Source: a bacterium (GTDB lineage Bacteria > Bacillota_I > Bacilli_A > RF39 > UBA660). Taken from it: a stretch of 64,000 bases of DNA. Where the stretch lies: the NCBI GenBank assembly GCA_029100545.1, contig JAQXPH010000021.1:10613-74612 (forward strand), given 5' to 3'. The translations under genes were made by a program, and so were the position numbers. This document shows, piece by piece, positions 39,653 to 47,972 of the stretch (position 1 is the first letter of the stretch; each line of letters opens with the position of its first letter). Below the pieces are notes generated by a model. The model searched no databases, was not told the DNA's origin, and worked only from the letters and a program-made list of their open reading frames with translations.

Positions 39653-40060
39653 CTAAAATATAATTTTTAATATTTTTTTAATTATTTTTGCTTTATTATA
39701 ATAAAATGTTATTTGAACAACTTCATTTTCTTTTAAATTTATATTTGTTTTTAAAGTATATACTTGATAATTTTGATAATTATCATTTAATAAATTTGAT
39801 ATATTATCAATCTTATAACTATATTCACTATTATTTATCTCCATTTTATTATTTAAAATTAATTTGTCAGAGTTTTCTACTAAAATGTTAACTTTAATAA
39901 AACCATTTTCATAAATACCATAAGTATTAAAATTACTATACGATTCTAAAAAAAATGAAAGGATAATAAAAATAATAAATATGACTAAAAATATAATTAA
40001 AAACAAATTATTTTTATATTTAATATTTTGTAAATAATAATATCTACTTTTCATGTTCAC
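39653..40060 (-). CDS. small single-TM protein, candidate bacteriocin accessory or immunity protein
   Basis: 135 aa, TM LFLIIFLVIFIIFIILSFFL, beta-rich C-terminal part. It overlaps the ABC gene stop by 17 nt. Confidence 0.5.
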   Translation of the reverse strand: MNMKSRYYYLQNIKYKNNLFLIIFLVIFIIFIILSFFLESYSNFNTYGIYENGFIKVNILVENSDKLILNNKMEINNSEYSYKIDNISNLLNDNYQNYQVYTLKTNINLKENEVVQITFYYNKAKIIKKILKIIF

Positions 40061-42101
40061 CCTTTAAAGTAATAACTCGATCAAACAAATTATCTTGCTT
40101 TTTATGTGATACATAAATAATAGTTTTTTCTGGATATTCTCTAATGATGTTTTTTATTATTGTTTTTTCCATAAAATAATCCGTTTCACTAAGTGCCTCA
40201 TCTAAAATTAATATTTTACTATTTCTTAGTAAAGCCCTTGCTAAAATAATTCTTTGTTTTTCACCTCCTGATATATTAATCGAATCATTACTTATTCCAA
40301 AATCATATCTTAATTTTCTTTTATTAACAATTAAATCAATTAAACAAATTTTACAAACTTTATTAAAATTACTTTCATCTTCATAATTAAATAAAATATT
40401 ATTTTTTATTGTATCAGTATATAAATTTTCTTTTTGGCCAACATAAATAATATTATCTTTTATTGTATTAAGACTATAATCATTAATATTTATACCATTT
40501 ATATATATACAACCATTATTTAAAGAAAAATCTCTAGTAAGAAGCTTACATAAACTGCTTTTACCACTACCACTTTTTCCTTTAATCATTATTTTTTCAT
40601 TAGCTTTAACTACTTCACTAAAATCTTTTATAATATAATTATAGTTATCATAAGAAAAACTTATATTTTCTATAATAATATCGCCATTAATTAGTTCTTT
40701 ACTTTCACCAATTTTTTCCTCTTTTATATTTATAAAATCACATATTTTATTAAAACTTGCTCGTAAAAAATTATATTTTGGTATTAGTGATACTATATTT
40801 TTAATGGGGCTCATAAAATAAGATAAAAATGTATTGTAAATAACCAAACTAATTAAAGAGAACTTATTATTATAAATTAAATAAAATCCATAAGTATTAA
40901 TTATAAAAAATGATAGTTCATAAAAAATATTTTTAAGTGTTTCAAAAAAATTTATACTTATATTAAAAGAATAATTATCAAAAATCAAATTGCAAATTTT
41001 ATTTTCAATTTTATTTAAAATATTTTCAGTTTCATTTAAATTTTTTATACTATTTATCATATCAATATTTTCTAATAAAATAGTATTAACCTCAGTTTGA
41101 TATTCAATATTTTGTCTAATTCTTTTATATAGATATGGACTAATTAAAATAGAAATTATTATATAAATTAATACAAATATAATTAATATAAAAGTTATTT
41201 TAATATTTATATTTAAAAGAACTATAAAGGAAGCAAGGCAAATCATTAAGTCTAAAAATGCAAAAATAAATATTTGTGAAAATAATTCTTTAATACTACT
41301 AATTTCATTTACTCGCGACATTATTTCACCACTGCTTCTTGATTCAATAACATTTAAAGGAAGATGAAATAAATGATTAATAAACTCCTTAAAAACACTA
41401 ACATCAATATTTTTATTAATATGATTTTCATAATATTTTTTTAAATAATCAAAAATAATTTTAAAGACTATACAAAGTAAAAATATAAATATTAATATTT
41501 TAATTGTATTTTGAAATGCATTGTTTGAAATAAATTCATTCATTACTTTAAAATACATTCCAGATATTATAGTAATAATTGTTAATAAAAAACTACATAA
41601 TAATGCATTAATACATAATTTTTTGTTTTTTATTAAAATTTTTATAAAAAGATTATAAATACTATTTTCTTTTTCTAATAAAATAATTTTATCTTTAGGA
41701 GTAAATTGCAAAACAACGCCAGCAAATATTTTATTAAACTCTTCTTTAGTCATTTTAATCTTGCCTTTACTAGGATCCATTAAAATGTAATTTGATCCTT
41801 TAATTTCATATAAGCACATAAAATGTGTAAGACCATTATCATATTTAACATGTACAATCGCAGGCAAAATAATATTATTTAAATTTTTATCTTCAATTTT
41901 TTTAGCTATAGCATCAAATCCATACTTTTCCGCGGCTTTAAGTAAATGATAGACACTAACCCCCTGCATTGATGTATAAGTATCAAGTCTAATCTTTTCT
42001 ATTGGGACATAACCATTATAAAATTTTATAATAGATTGAAGACAACAAGCACCACAATCTTTTACATCTCTTTGACAAACTATTACCATCTTATTTTTCA
42101 T
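40044..42101 (-). CDS. peptidase-C39 bacteriocin ABC exporter (SunT/LagD/ComA type)
   Basis: C39 residues QRDVKDCGACCLQSI, HFMCLYEI, MDPSKG. Six TM. NBD GKSGSGKSS, ISGGEKQRIILARALL, ILILDEA. Confidence 0.9.
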   Translation of the reverse strand: MKNKMVIVCQRDVKDCGACCLQSIIKFYNGYVPIEKIRLDTYTSMQGVSVYHLLKAAEKYGFDAIAKKIEDKNLNNIILPAIVHVKYDNGLTHFMCLYEIKGSNYILMDPSKGKIKMTKEEFNKIFAGVVLQFTPKDKIILLEKENSIYNLFIKILIKNKKLCINALLCSFLLTIITIISGMYFKVMNEFISNNAFQNTIKILIFIFLLCIVFKIIFDYLKKYYENHINKNIDVSVFKEFINHLFHLPLNVIESRSSGEIMSRVNEISSIKELFSQIFIFAFLDLMICLASFIVLLNINIKITFILIIFVLIYIIISILISPYLYKRIRQNIEYQTEVNTILLENIDMINSIKNLNETENILNKIENKICNLIFDNYSFNISINFFETLKNIFYELSFFIINTYGFYLIYNNKFSLISLVIYNTFLSYFMSPIKNIVSLIPKYNFLRASFNKICDFINIKEEKIGESKELINGDIIIENISFSYDNYNYIIKDFSEVVKANEKIMIKGKSGSGKSSLCKLLTRDFSLNNGCIYINGININDYSLNTIKDNIIYVGQKENLYTDTIKNNILFNYEDESNFNKVCKICLIDLIVNKRKLRYDFGISNDSINISGGEKQRIILARALLRNSKILILDEALSETDYFMEKTIIKNIIREYPEKTIIYVSHKKQDNLFDRVITLKGEHEK

Positions 42102-42295
42102 CTATTTATCCTCCTTTCACCCTACTTATACTCAACAAAAATTATTTTTCCTTTTTATTTTTTTATTTAAAATTATTTTTCTTTAAATTTAACATTTTTT
42201 TACTAAAATAAATAATAAAATTTTACAATTATTAACAGTTATATTTTTTTAACTTAGACAATATAATTTACTATGTATAAGGAGGAAAGAAAGCA

Positions 42296-42790
42296 TTGAT
42301 TAATAAACAAAATTTATGGTTTATAACTTTATTTGCACTTATTTTAATTTTAGGAATTTATTATATTACATTACCTGATAGTGCAATCCCTACTTTTTCA
42401 GCTGATGAAACAAACTTGCAAAGTACAATTGAAGTTAAAGATTCTGACATAATTATTGCTCTTAAAGTTGAAGAAGAAGAAAAAATCTTAAAAGAAATGG
42501 AAGATGCTCAAAAAATATTACTAGATAATGCTGCTACTACAGAAGAAAAAAATGCTGCATATGAAACATTACAACAACTAAACTATAAAAAAGGTAAAAT
42601 TGACGAAATAGAAAAATTAATTAAAGAAAAATTCAATATTAATTCATGTGTTAAAATCGAAGGTAACAAAATAAATATTACGCTATCTTGTGAAGATAAG
42701 GGTGCAGAATTTGCAAATAACATTATTAAAGAAGTTCAATCACTTTATAATAACCAAATGTATATAACAATTAAATTTCAAAGTAAATAG
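42296..42790 (+). CDS. spoIIIAH: stage III sporulation protein AH
   Basis: MINKQNLWFITLFALILILGIYYIT and the C-terminal EEKNAAYETLQQL...IEGNKINITL align by eye with B. subtilis SpoIIIAH (KKQTVWLLTM..., AEGDKINITV). Confidence 0.75.
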   Translation: MINKQNLWFITLFALILILGIYYITLPDSAIPTFSADETNLQSTIEVKDSDIIIALKVEEEEKILKEMEDAQKILLDNAATTEEKNAAYETLQQLNYKKGKIDEIEKLIKEKFNINSCVKIEGNKINITLSCEDKGAEFANNIIKEVQSLYNNQMYITIKFQSK

Positions 42791-42855
42791 GCTTATATAT
42801 TACCTTTTTTTTGCTTTTTTCATAATATATTATGAAGCATAAGAAAGGAAGGCCT

Positions 42856-43065
42856 ATGAAAAAAATGTTATTAACCAAAAGAGAACAAGAAATTTTTGAA
42901 CTTTTAGTTCTTAACAAATCAACTAAAGAAATAGCTGAACAACTTAATATTAGTCAAAAAACTGTCCGAAATCATATATCTAATACAATGCAAAAATTAG
43001 GTGTTAAAGGCCGATGTAATGCGATAATAGAATTATTAAAACTTGGAGCAATTTCATTAGATTAA
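42856..43065 (+). CDS. gerE: GerE-like LuxR-family HTH regulator (single domain)
   Basis: LTKREQEIFELLVLNKSTKEIAEQLNISQKTVRNHISNTMQKLGV. The start is set after AAGAAAGGAAGG. Confidence 0.75.
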   Translation: MKKMLLTKREQEIFELLVLNKSTKEIAEQLNISQKTVRNHISNTMQKLGVKGRCNAIIELLKLGAISLD

Positions 43066-43066
43066 T

Positions 43067-43090
43067 AAAAAAGCCAATAAGGCTTTTTTT
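43067..43090 (+). terminator. rho-independent terminator after gerE
   Basis: AAAAAGCC-aataa-GGCTTTTTTT. Confidence 0.7.
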
Positions 43091-43135
43091 GAATAAAAGG
43101 TAAAATATTAAATATAATTTACTAGGTGATGTAAA

Positions 43136-44038
43136 ATGCTAAAAAGACATGCTATAAAAAAAATTATTATATCTACAGGTACACTTCTTATATTTTTTTT
43201 AATTTATTTTTTTCCAAATCAAAATAACTTTTCTATTCCAGAAGAAGTAATTTATATTGATGAATTAACTTTACCACTTTATACAATAGATCAAAACAAT
43301 TATGTTGCAAGAACAAATATTATAAAAAAAGAAAATGATGATATAAATTATATAATAAATGTTTTAACAAAAGGTTCAATTAATTCAAATTATCTACCCA
43401 GTAATTTTTATTCTCCCATACCAAAAGGTACAAAACTAATTGACTATAGTTTAAATGATGGACTGTTAAAGCTTAATTTTTCAAAAGAATTATTAAATGT
43501 TACTGAAGAAGATGAAGAAAAAATGATTGAAAGCTTAATTTATTCATTATGTGAACTTGATAATGTCAAAAATATTATGATTTTTGTAGAAAATGAAAAA
43601 TTAAATGAACTTCCAAATTCTAAAATAAAACTTCCAACTACTTTAGATAAAAGTTATGGTATAAATAAAGTTTATGATATTAAAAATTTTAAAGATACCA
43701 CAAAAACTACAATATATTATTTAAGTAAATATGAAAATGATTTTTATTATGTCCCGATTAGTAAAATAACTAATAGTGATGAAAAAAACTACGTAGAAAT
43801 AATTGTTAATGAATTAAAAACATCGCCAATATATGAAAATAATTTATTAAGTTACTTAAATGCAAGTTATGAACTAGAAAGTTACGAAATACTAGAAAAT
43901 TCTATTACACTATCTTTTAATAATAACTTAATTGCTTCTTTAGAAGATAAGGATTTAGTAGAAAAAGTTAAATATTCAATTTCTCTTTCTTTAAGAGACA
44001 CATATAATCTAGATAATATTATAATTAATATGAATTAA
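43136..44038 (+). CDS. gerM: GerM-like germination protein (two GerMN domains)
   Basis: N-terminal TM. LNDGLLKLNFSKELL...EEKMIESLIYSLCELDNVKNIMIFVENE, with a second similar half. Confidence 0.7.
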   Translation: MLKRHAIKKIIISTGTLLIFFLIYFFPNQNNFSIPEEVIYIDELTLPLYTIDQNNYVARTNIIKKENDDINYIINVLTKGSINSNYLPSNFYSPIPKGTKLIDYSLNDGLLKLNFSKELLNVTEEDEEKMIESLIYSLCELDNVKNIMIFVENEKLNELPNSKIKLPTTLDKSYGINKVYDIKNFKDTTKTTIYYLSKYENDFYYVPISKITNSDEKNYVEIIVNELKTSPIYENNLLSYLNASYELESYEILENSITLSFNNNLIASLEDKDLVEKVKYSISLSLRDTYNLDNIIINMN

Positions 44039-44077
44039 ATAAAAAAAATAAACCATATTAATTATGGAGATGATTGT

Positions 44078-44395
44078 ATGCCCGTTATATCATTTAAAAA
44101 GAAACTTAAAGGCTATGATGTAAGTATAGCTTTTAATACTTGTTATAATAATGAATGTAAATTAAAAATTAAAAATACCGATGTTTATTTTACTGAAGAA
44201 GAAAATCAAATTAATGAAGTAATAAAAAATTTTGATGAAAAAACTTATCAAGAATATTTAGATAAATATAATATAGTTTTTGTTGCCTTAGCAAAATACT
44301 TTATAGATAAAATACCAAATATTTTTTCCATAAAATTTGAAGATAAAAATCAAAAATTCATATTATATGCAGATGAAATCGAAAATTTTAATTAA
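44078..44395 (+). CDS. hypothetical protein (105 aa)
   Basis: ORF track. RBS GGAGATG. No family recognised. Confidence 0.5.
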   Translation: MPVISFKKKLKGYDVSIAFNTCYNNECKLKIKNTDVYFTEEENQINEVIKNFDEKTYQEYLDKYNIVFVALAKYFIDKIPNIFSIKFEDKNQKFILYADEIENFN

Positions 44396-44411
44396 AAAAG
44401 ACTATTTTTCC

Positions 44412-44440
44412 TTGTAAATAAAAAAAAATTGATATATAAT
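44412..44440 (+). promoter_or_regulatory. sigma-A type promoter of tRNA-Arg
   Basis: TTGTAA-17 nt-TATAAT, 11 nt upstream of the tRNA. Confidence 0.55.
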
Positions 44441-44451
44441 GTAATTGTGAT

Positions 44452-44528
<77 letters not shown>

Positions 44529-44542
44529 TAATTAAGTTTTTT

Positions 44543-44572
44543 AAAAGTAACTTTTTAAAAGTTACTTTTTTT
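44543..44572 (+). terminator. rho-independent terminator after tRNA-Arg
   Basis: AAAAGTAAC-loop-GTTACTTTTTTT. Confidence 0.6.
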
Positions 44573-44661
44573 ATTTAATAATTTATTTACAAGAACAATA
44601 CCTATTGGTAAACATATAAAAAATAATTCATTAAAAAAGTAAGATTTTGTCTTACTTTACA

Positions 44662-46065
44662 TTATTTTATTATATTGCCATCTAAACTAAAACTTTTTGC
44701 ATCAGTTATATTAACTGAAACAATGTTACCTATTTCTTTTTTATCACAAGAAACATTGACAAGTTTCATAGTTTCCGTATAACCATATAATTTTTCTTTG
44801 TCTTTTTCACTTTCACCAATTAAAAGGACTTTAACTACTTTATTTAATAATTTTTCATTACTTTCTTTAGAATATTTGTTAACTAATTCATTTAATCTAT
44901 GTAATCTATTTTCTTTTTCTTCTTGAGATACATCATCTTTCATAAATGATGATGCAGTACCTTTTCTTTCAGAATAAATAAATGTATATGCACCATCATA
45001 TTTACAATAATTTACAATATCTAAAGTTTCTTGAAAATCTTCTTCTGTTTCTGAAGGAAAGCCAACTATAATATCAGTTGTAATAGCTACACCTGGTATT
45101 TTTTCTTTCATTTTATTAAATAATGTAATATATTCTTCTTTAGTATATCTTCGATTCATCTTCTTTAATATTCTATTACTACCCGATTGAATAGGAAGAT
45201 GAATGTAAGGCATAATATTATCATACTTACTTATTACATCAATCATTTTATCAGTAAAATCCCATGGATGAGAAGTAACAAATCTAAGTCTTGGAATTCC
45301 AAGTTTTGCAACATTTTCAAGTAAAGTTGCAAAATCATAACCTAAATTTAAATCTTTTCCGTAAGCATTAACATTTTGTCCAAGCAATGTTATTTCTTTA
45401 TAGCCTGAATCTACTAATGCTTTACATTCATTTAAAATACATTCCATTTTTCTACTACGTTCTCTACCTCTTGTAAAAGGTACTATACAATATGTACAAA
45501 ATTTATCACAACCAAACATTACATTAACCCAAGCACAAATATCTGAATCTCTTTTATAAATTATATTTTCTGGAACAATATCACTATTTGAGTGAACTAA
45601 TATATTTTGCTTATCAAGTTTTTCCATTAATAGTTTAGGTAAATCAAAAATATTATTTGGACCTATTACAATATCAACATATTTGTGATTTTTTTCAATA
45701 TCTTCAACTACATCAACTTGACCAGCCATACAACCCATTAAAATAATAATTAAATCTTTTTTTTCTTTTTTTAAATGTTTACATCTACCTAAATAGCCAA
45801 ACACTTTATCATGAGCATTTTCTCTTATTGCACAAGTATTTAATACTACAATATCTGCATTTGCCAATTCTTCTGTTCTTGCAAATCCTAACATTTCTAA
45901 ATATGAAGATATTTGTTCACTATCATGAACATTCATTTGACAACCATATGTTTTTAGAAAATATTTTTTTCCATCGTATATTTTTTTTATTTCATTATCA
46001 ACATCTAAATAATTTATTTTTGTTTTAGATCTATCTTTTGCAATATCATAATTTGGTTTTAACAT
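44662..46065 (-). CDS. miaB: tRNA-i6A37 methylthiotransferase MiaB
   Basis: KYFLKTYGCQMNVHDSE (UPF0004 domain), CDKFCTYCIVPFTRGRERS (radical SAM), C-terminal TRAM. Confidence 0.9.
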   Translation of the reverse strand: MLKPNYDIAKDRSKTKINYLDVDNEIKKIYDGKKYFLKTYGCQMNVHDSEQISSYLEMLGFARTEELANADIVVLNTCAIRENAHDKVFGYLGRCKHLKKEKKDLIIILMGCMAGQVDVVEDIEKNHKYVDIVIGPNNIFDLPKLLMEKLDKQNILVHSNSDIVPENIIYKRDSDICAWVNVMFGCDKFCTYCIVPFTRGRERSRKMECILNECKALVDSGYKEITLLGQNVNAYGKDLNLGYDFATLLENVAKLGIPRLRFVTSHPWDFTDKMIDVISKYDNIMPYIHLPIQSGSNRILKKMNRRYTKEEYITLFNKMKEKIPGVAITTDIIVGFPSETEEDFQETLDIVNYCKYDGAYTFIYSERKGTASSFMKDDVSQEEKENRLHRLNELVNKYSKESNEKLLNKVVKVLLIGESEKDKEKLYGYTETMKLVNVSCDKKEIGNIVSVNITDAKSFSLDGNIIK

Positions 46066-46270
46066 AAAAAATCACTTCCAACTAAATCGTATTATAGCAA
46101 AATTTATATTTAATTGAAAGGGATTTTGGATAAACTGGGATATTATTAAGAAATTCTTAATAAATAAAGAAAGTTTATAATTATATAGGGATGCATGATA
46201 TGAAATAATTTGTTACCCAAAACCCGCTTTCATTAGTAATTTACCTTATTTAAAAATATATTTCAATACA

Positions 46271-46307
46271 TTCGACAAAACTAGAAAAAACTAGAATTAT
46301 TTCGACA
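46271..46307. promoter_or_regulatory. two Spo0A-box-like motifs (TTCGACA = reverse complement of TGTCGAA), 30 bp apart
   Basis: TTCGACAAAA occurs at 46271 and at 46301. Between them lies a tandem AAAACTAGAA x2. The target gene is unclear. Confidence 0.35.
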
Positions 46308-46327
46308 AAATTTATCCATTTTTTCAT

Positions 46328-46353
46328 AAAAAAATTAATGAATTATCATTAAT
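46328..46353 (-). terminator. AT-rich terminator overlapping the serS stop codon
   Basis: The minus strand reads ATTAATGA-taat-TCATTAAT followed by T7. Confidence 0.45.
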
Positions 46354-47635
46354 TTTTAGGAATAATTTTATCTTTTCCACCCATATAAGGTTGTAATACT
46401 TTTGGTATATTTATACTACCATCTTCATTATAATTATTTTCAACAAAAGCAATTAAAGCTCTTGGAGAAGCAAGTACAGTATTATTTAAGGTATGAACAA
46501 AATATGTGCCATTTTCACCTTTAGTTCTTATACCAAGTCTTCTTGCTTGCGCATCAGATAAATTTGAGCAAGATCCAACTTCAAAATATTTTTGTTGTCT
46601 TGGACTCCATGCTTCAATATCACAAGATTTTACTTTTAAATCTGCTAAATCACCACTGCAACATTCTATAGTTCTTACTGGAATATCTAAATTTCTAAAT
46701 AATTCAACAGTCGCTTTCCACATTTTATCATACCAATTCCATGAATCTTCTGGTTTACATAAAACTATCATTTCTTGCTTTTCAAATTGATGTACTCTAT
46801 AAACACCTTTTTCTTCAATGCCATGAGCACCACCTTCTTTTCTAAAGCATGGTGAGTATGAAGTAAGCGCAATTGGAAGACTTTTTTCATCAACTATTTG
46901 TCCTAGGTATCTTCCTATCATAGAATGCTCTGAAGTACCAATTAAATATAAATCTTCACCTTCTATTTTATACATCATAGCTTCCATTTCAGGAAAACTC
47001 ATAACACCTTCCACAACTGAACCATGAATCATAAAAGGTGGAATAGTATATGTAAAACCTTTGTCAATCATAAAATCTCTAGCATAAGAAAGCATTGCAC
47101 TATGAATTCTAGCAATATCACCAGTTAAATAGTAAAATCCTTCTCCAGAAGTTCTTCCAGCACTTTCTTTATCAAGTCCAGATAAACGCTCCATAATGTC
47201 AGCATGATGAGGAATTTCATAATTTGGAACTACAGGTTCTCCAAATTTTTCAAGTTCAACATTTTCACTATCATCTTTACCAATTGGAACACTTGGATCA
47301 ATAATATTGGGAATTAAAAGCATCTTTTCATGAATTTCATTTTGAAGTCTTTCCTCATCAACAGTAAGGCTTGCAATTTGAGTATTAATTTCATTTACTC
47401 TTTTTTTTGCATGCTCAACTTTATCCATTTCTTTATTTCTTACATATTCACCAATTTTTGAACTAATATTATTTCTTTCACATCTTAAGTCATCAGCTTG
47501 AGATTTAACTTGACGAAATTTTTTATCTTTTTCTTCAATTTCATCAACTAAAGGAAGTTTTTCACTTTGAAACTTCTTTTTAATATTTTCTTTTACTAAT
47601 TCTTTGTTTTCTCTAATTAAGTTAATGTCTATCAT
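46349..47635 (-). CDS. serS: serine--tRNA ligase
   Basis: N-terminal coiled-coil arm MIDINLIRENKELV and the class II core. The start is set at the ATG after AAAGGA; the track starts 12 codons upstream, inside the T-box terminator. Confidence 0.93.
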   Translation of the reverse strand: MIDINLIRENKELVKENIKKKFQSEKLPLVDEIEEKDKKFRQVKSQADDLRCERNNISSKIGEYVRNKEMDKVEHAKKRVNEINTQIASLTVDEERLQNEIHEKMLLIPNIIDPSVPIGKDDSENVELEKFGEPVVPNYEIPHHADIMERLSGLDKESAGRTSGEGFYYLTGDIARIHSAMLSYARDFMIDKGFTYTIPPFMIHGSVVEGVMSFPEMEAMMYKIEGEDLYLIGTSEHSMIGRYLGQIVDEKSLPIALTSYSPCFRKEGGAHGIEEKGVYRVHQFEKQEMIVLCKPEDSWNWYDKMWKATVELFRNLDIPVRTIECCSGDLADLKVKSCDIEAWSPRQQKYFEVGSCSNLSDAQARRLGIRTKGENGTYFVHTLNNTVLASPRALIAFVENNYNEDGSINIPKVLQPYMGGKDKIIPKN

Positions 47636-47855
47636 TTTAATCAATCCTTTCAATAAAAAAACACCACACATTTAAGGAGCAAATGCTGCGGTGCCATCCT
47701 TTATATTACTTAATTATTTTATAACGGAAATTACCCGAAGTTTATTAAACTCTCTAGAAAGTAGATTCATAAATATTTATTTATTAACTTTCATCAACCG
47801 TTAACTTTCTGTAAAATAAAATTATTTATTACTTTTCTTTCATCACTGATTTACA
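47636..47855 (-). promoter_or_regulatory. T-box riboswitch leader, serine-specific (specifier UCU)
   Basis: On the minus strand: K-turn GTGATGAAAG, a specifier context GAA-TCT-A, an AGAGAG motif, the T-box sequence AAAGGATGGCACCGCAGC, and the terminator CACCGCA...TGTGGTG-T7 just before the serS RBS. Confidence 0.75.
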
Positions 47856-47860
47856 AAAAT

Positions 47861-47889
47861 ATTGTAGCATTTACTTTAAATTTTTACAA
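47861..47889 (-). promoter_or_regulatory. sigma-A type promoter of the serS T-box leader
   Basis: The minus strand reads TTGTAA-17 nt-TACAAT. Confidence 0.55.
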
Positions 47890-47948
47890 GATTAAATTTT
47901 CATATATTTACCAGTTGAAATTTATTTAAATTTAGATATAATATAATT

Positions 47949-47962
47949 GAAACATTTGTTTG
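47949..47962. promoter_or_regulatory. LexA (Cheo/SOS) box-like site
   Basis: GAAACATTTGTTTG, located between a TATAAT and the RBS of the Y-family polymerase gene. The AAC-N4-GTT core of CGAAC-N4-GTTCG is retained. Confidence 0.4.
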
Positions 47963-47972
47963 GGGAGGACAT

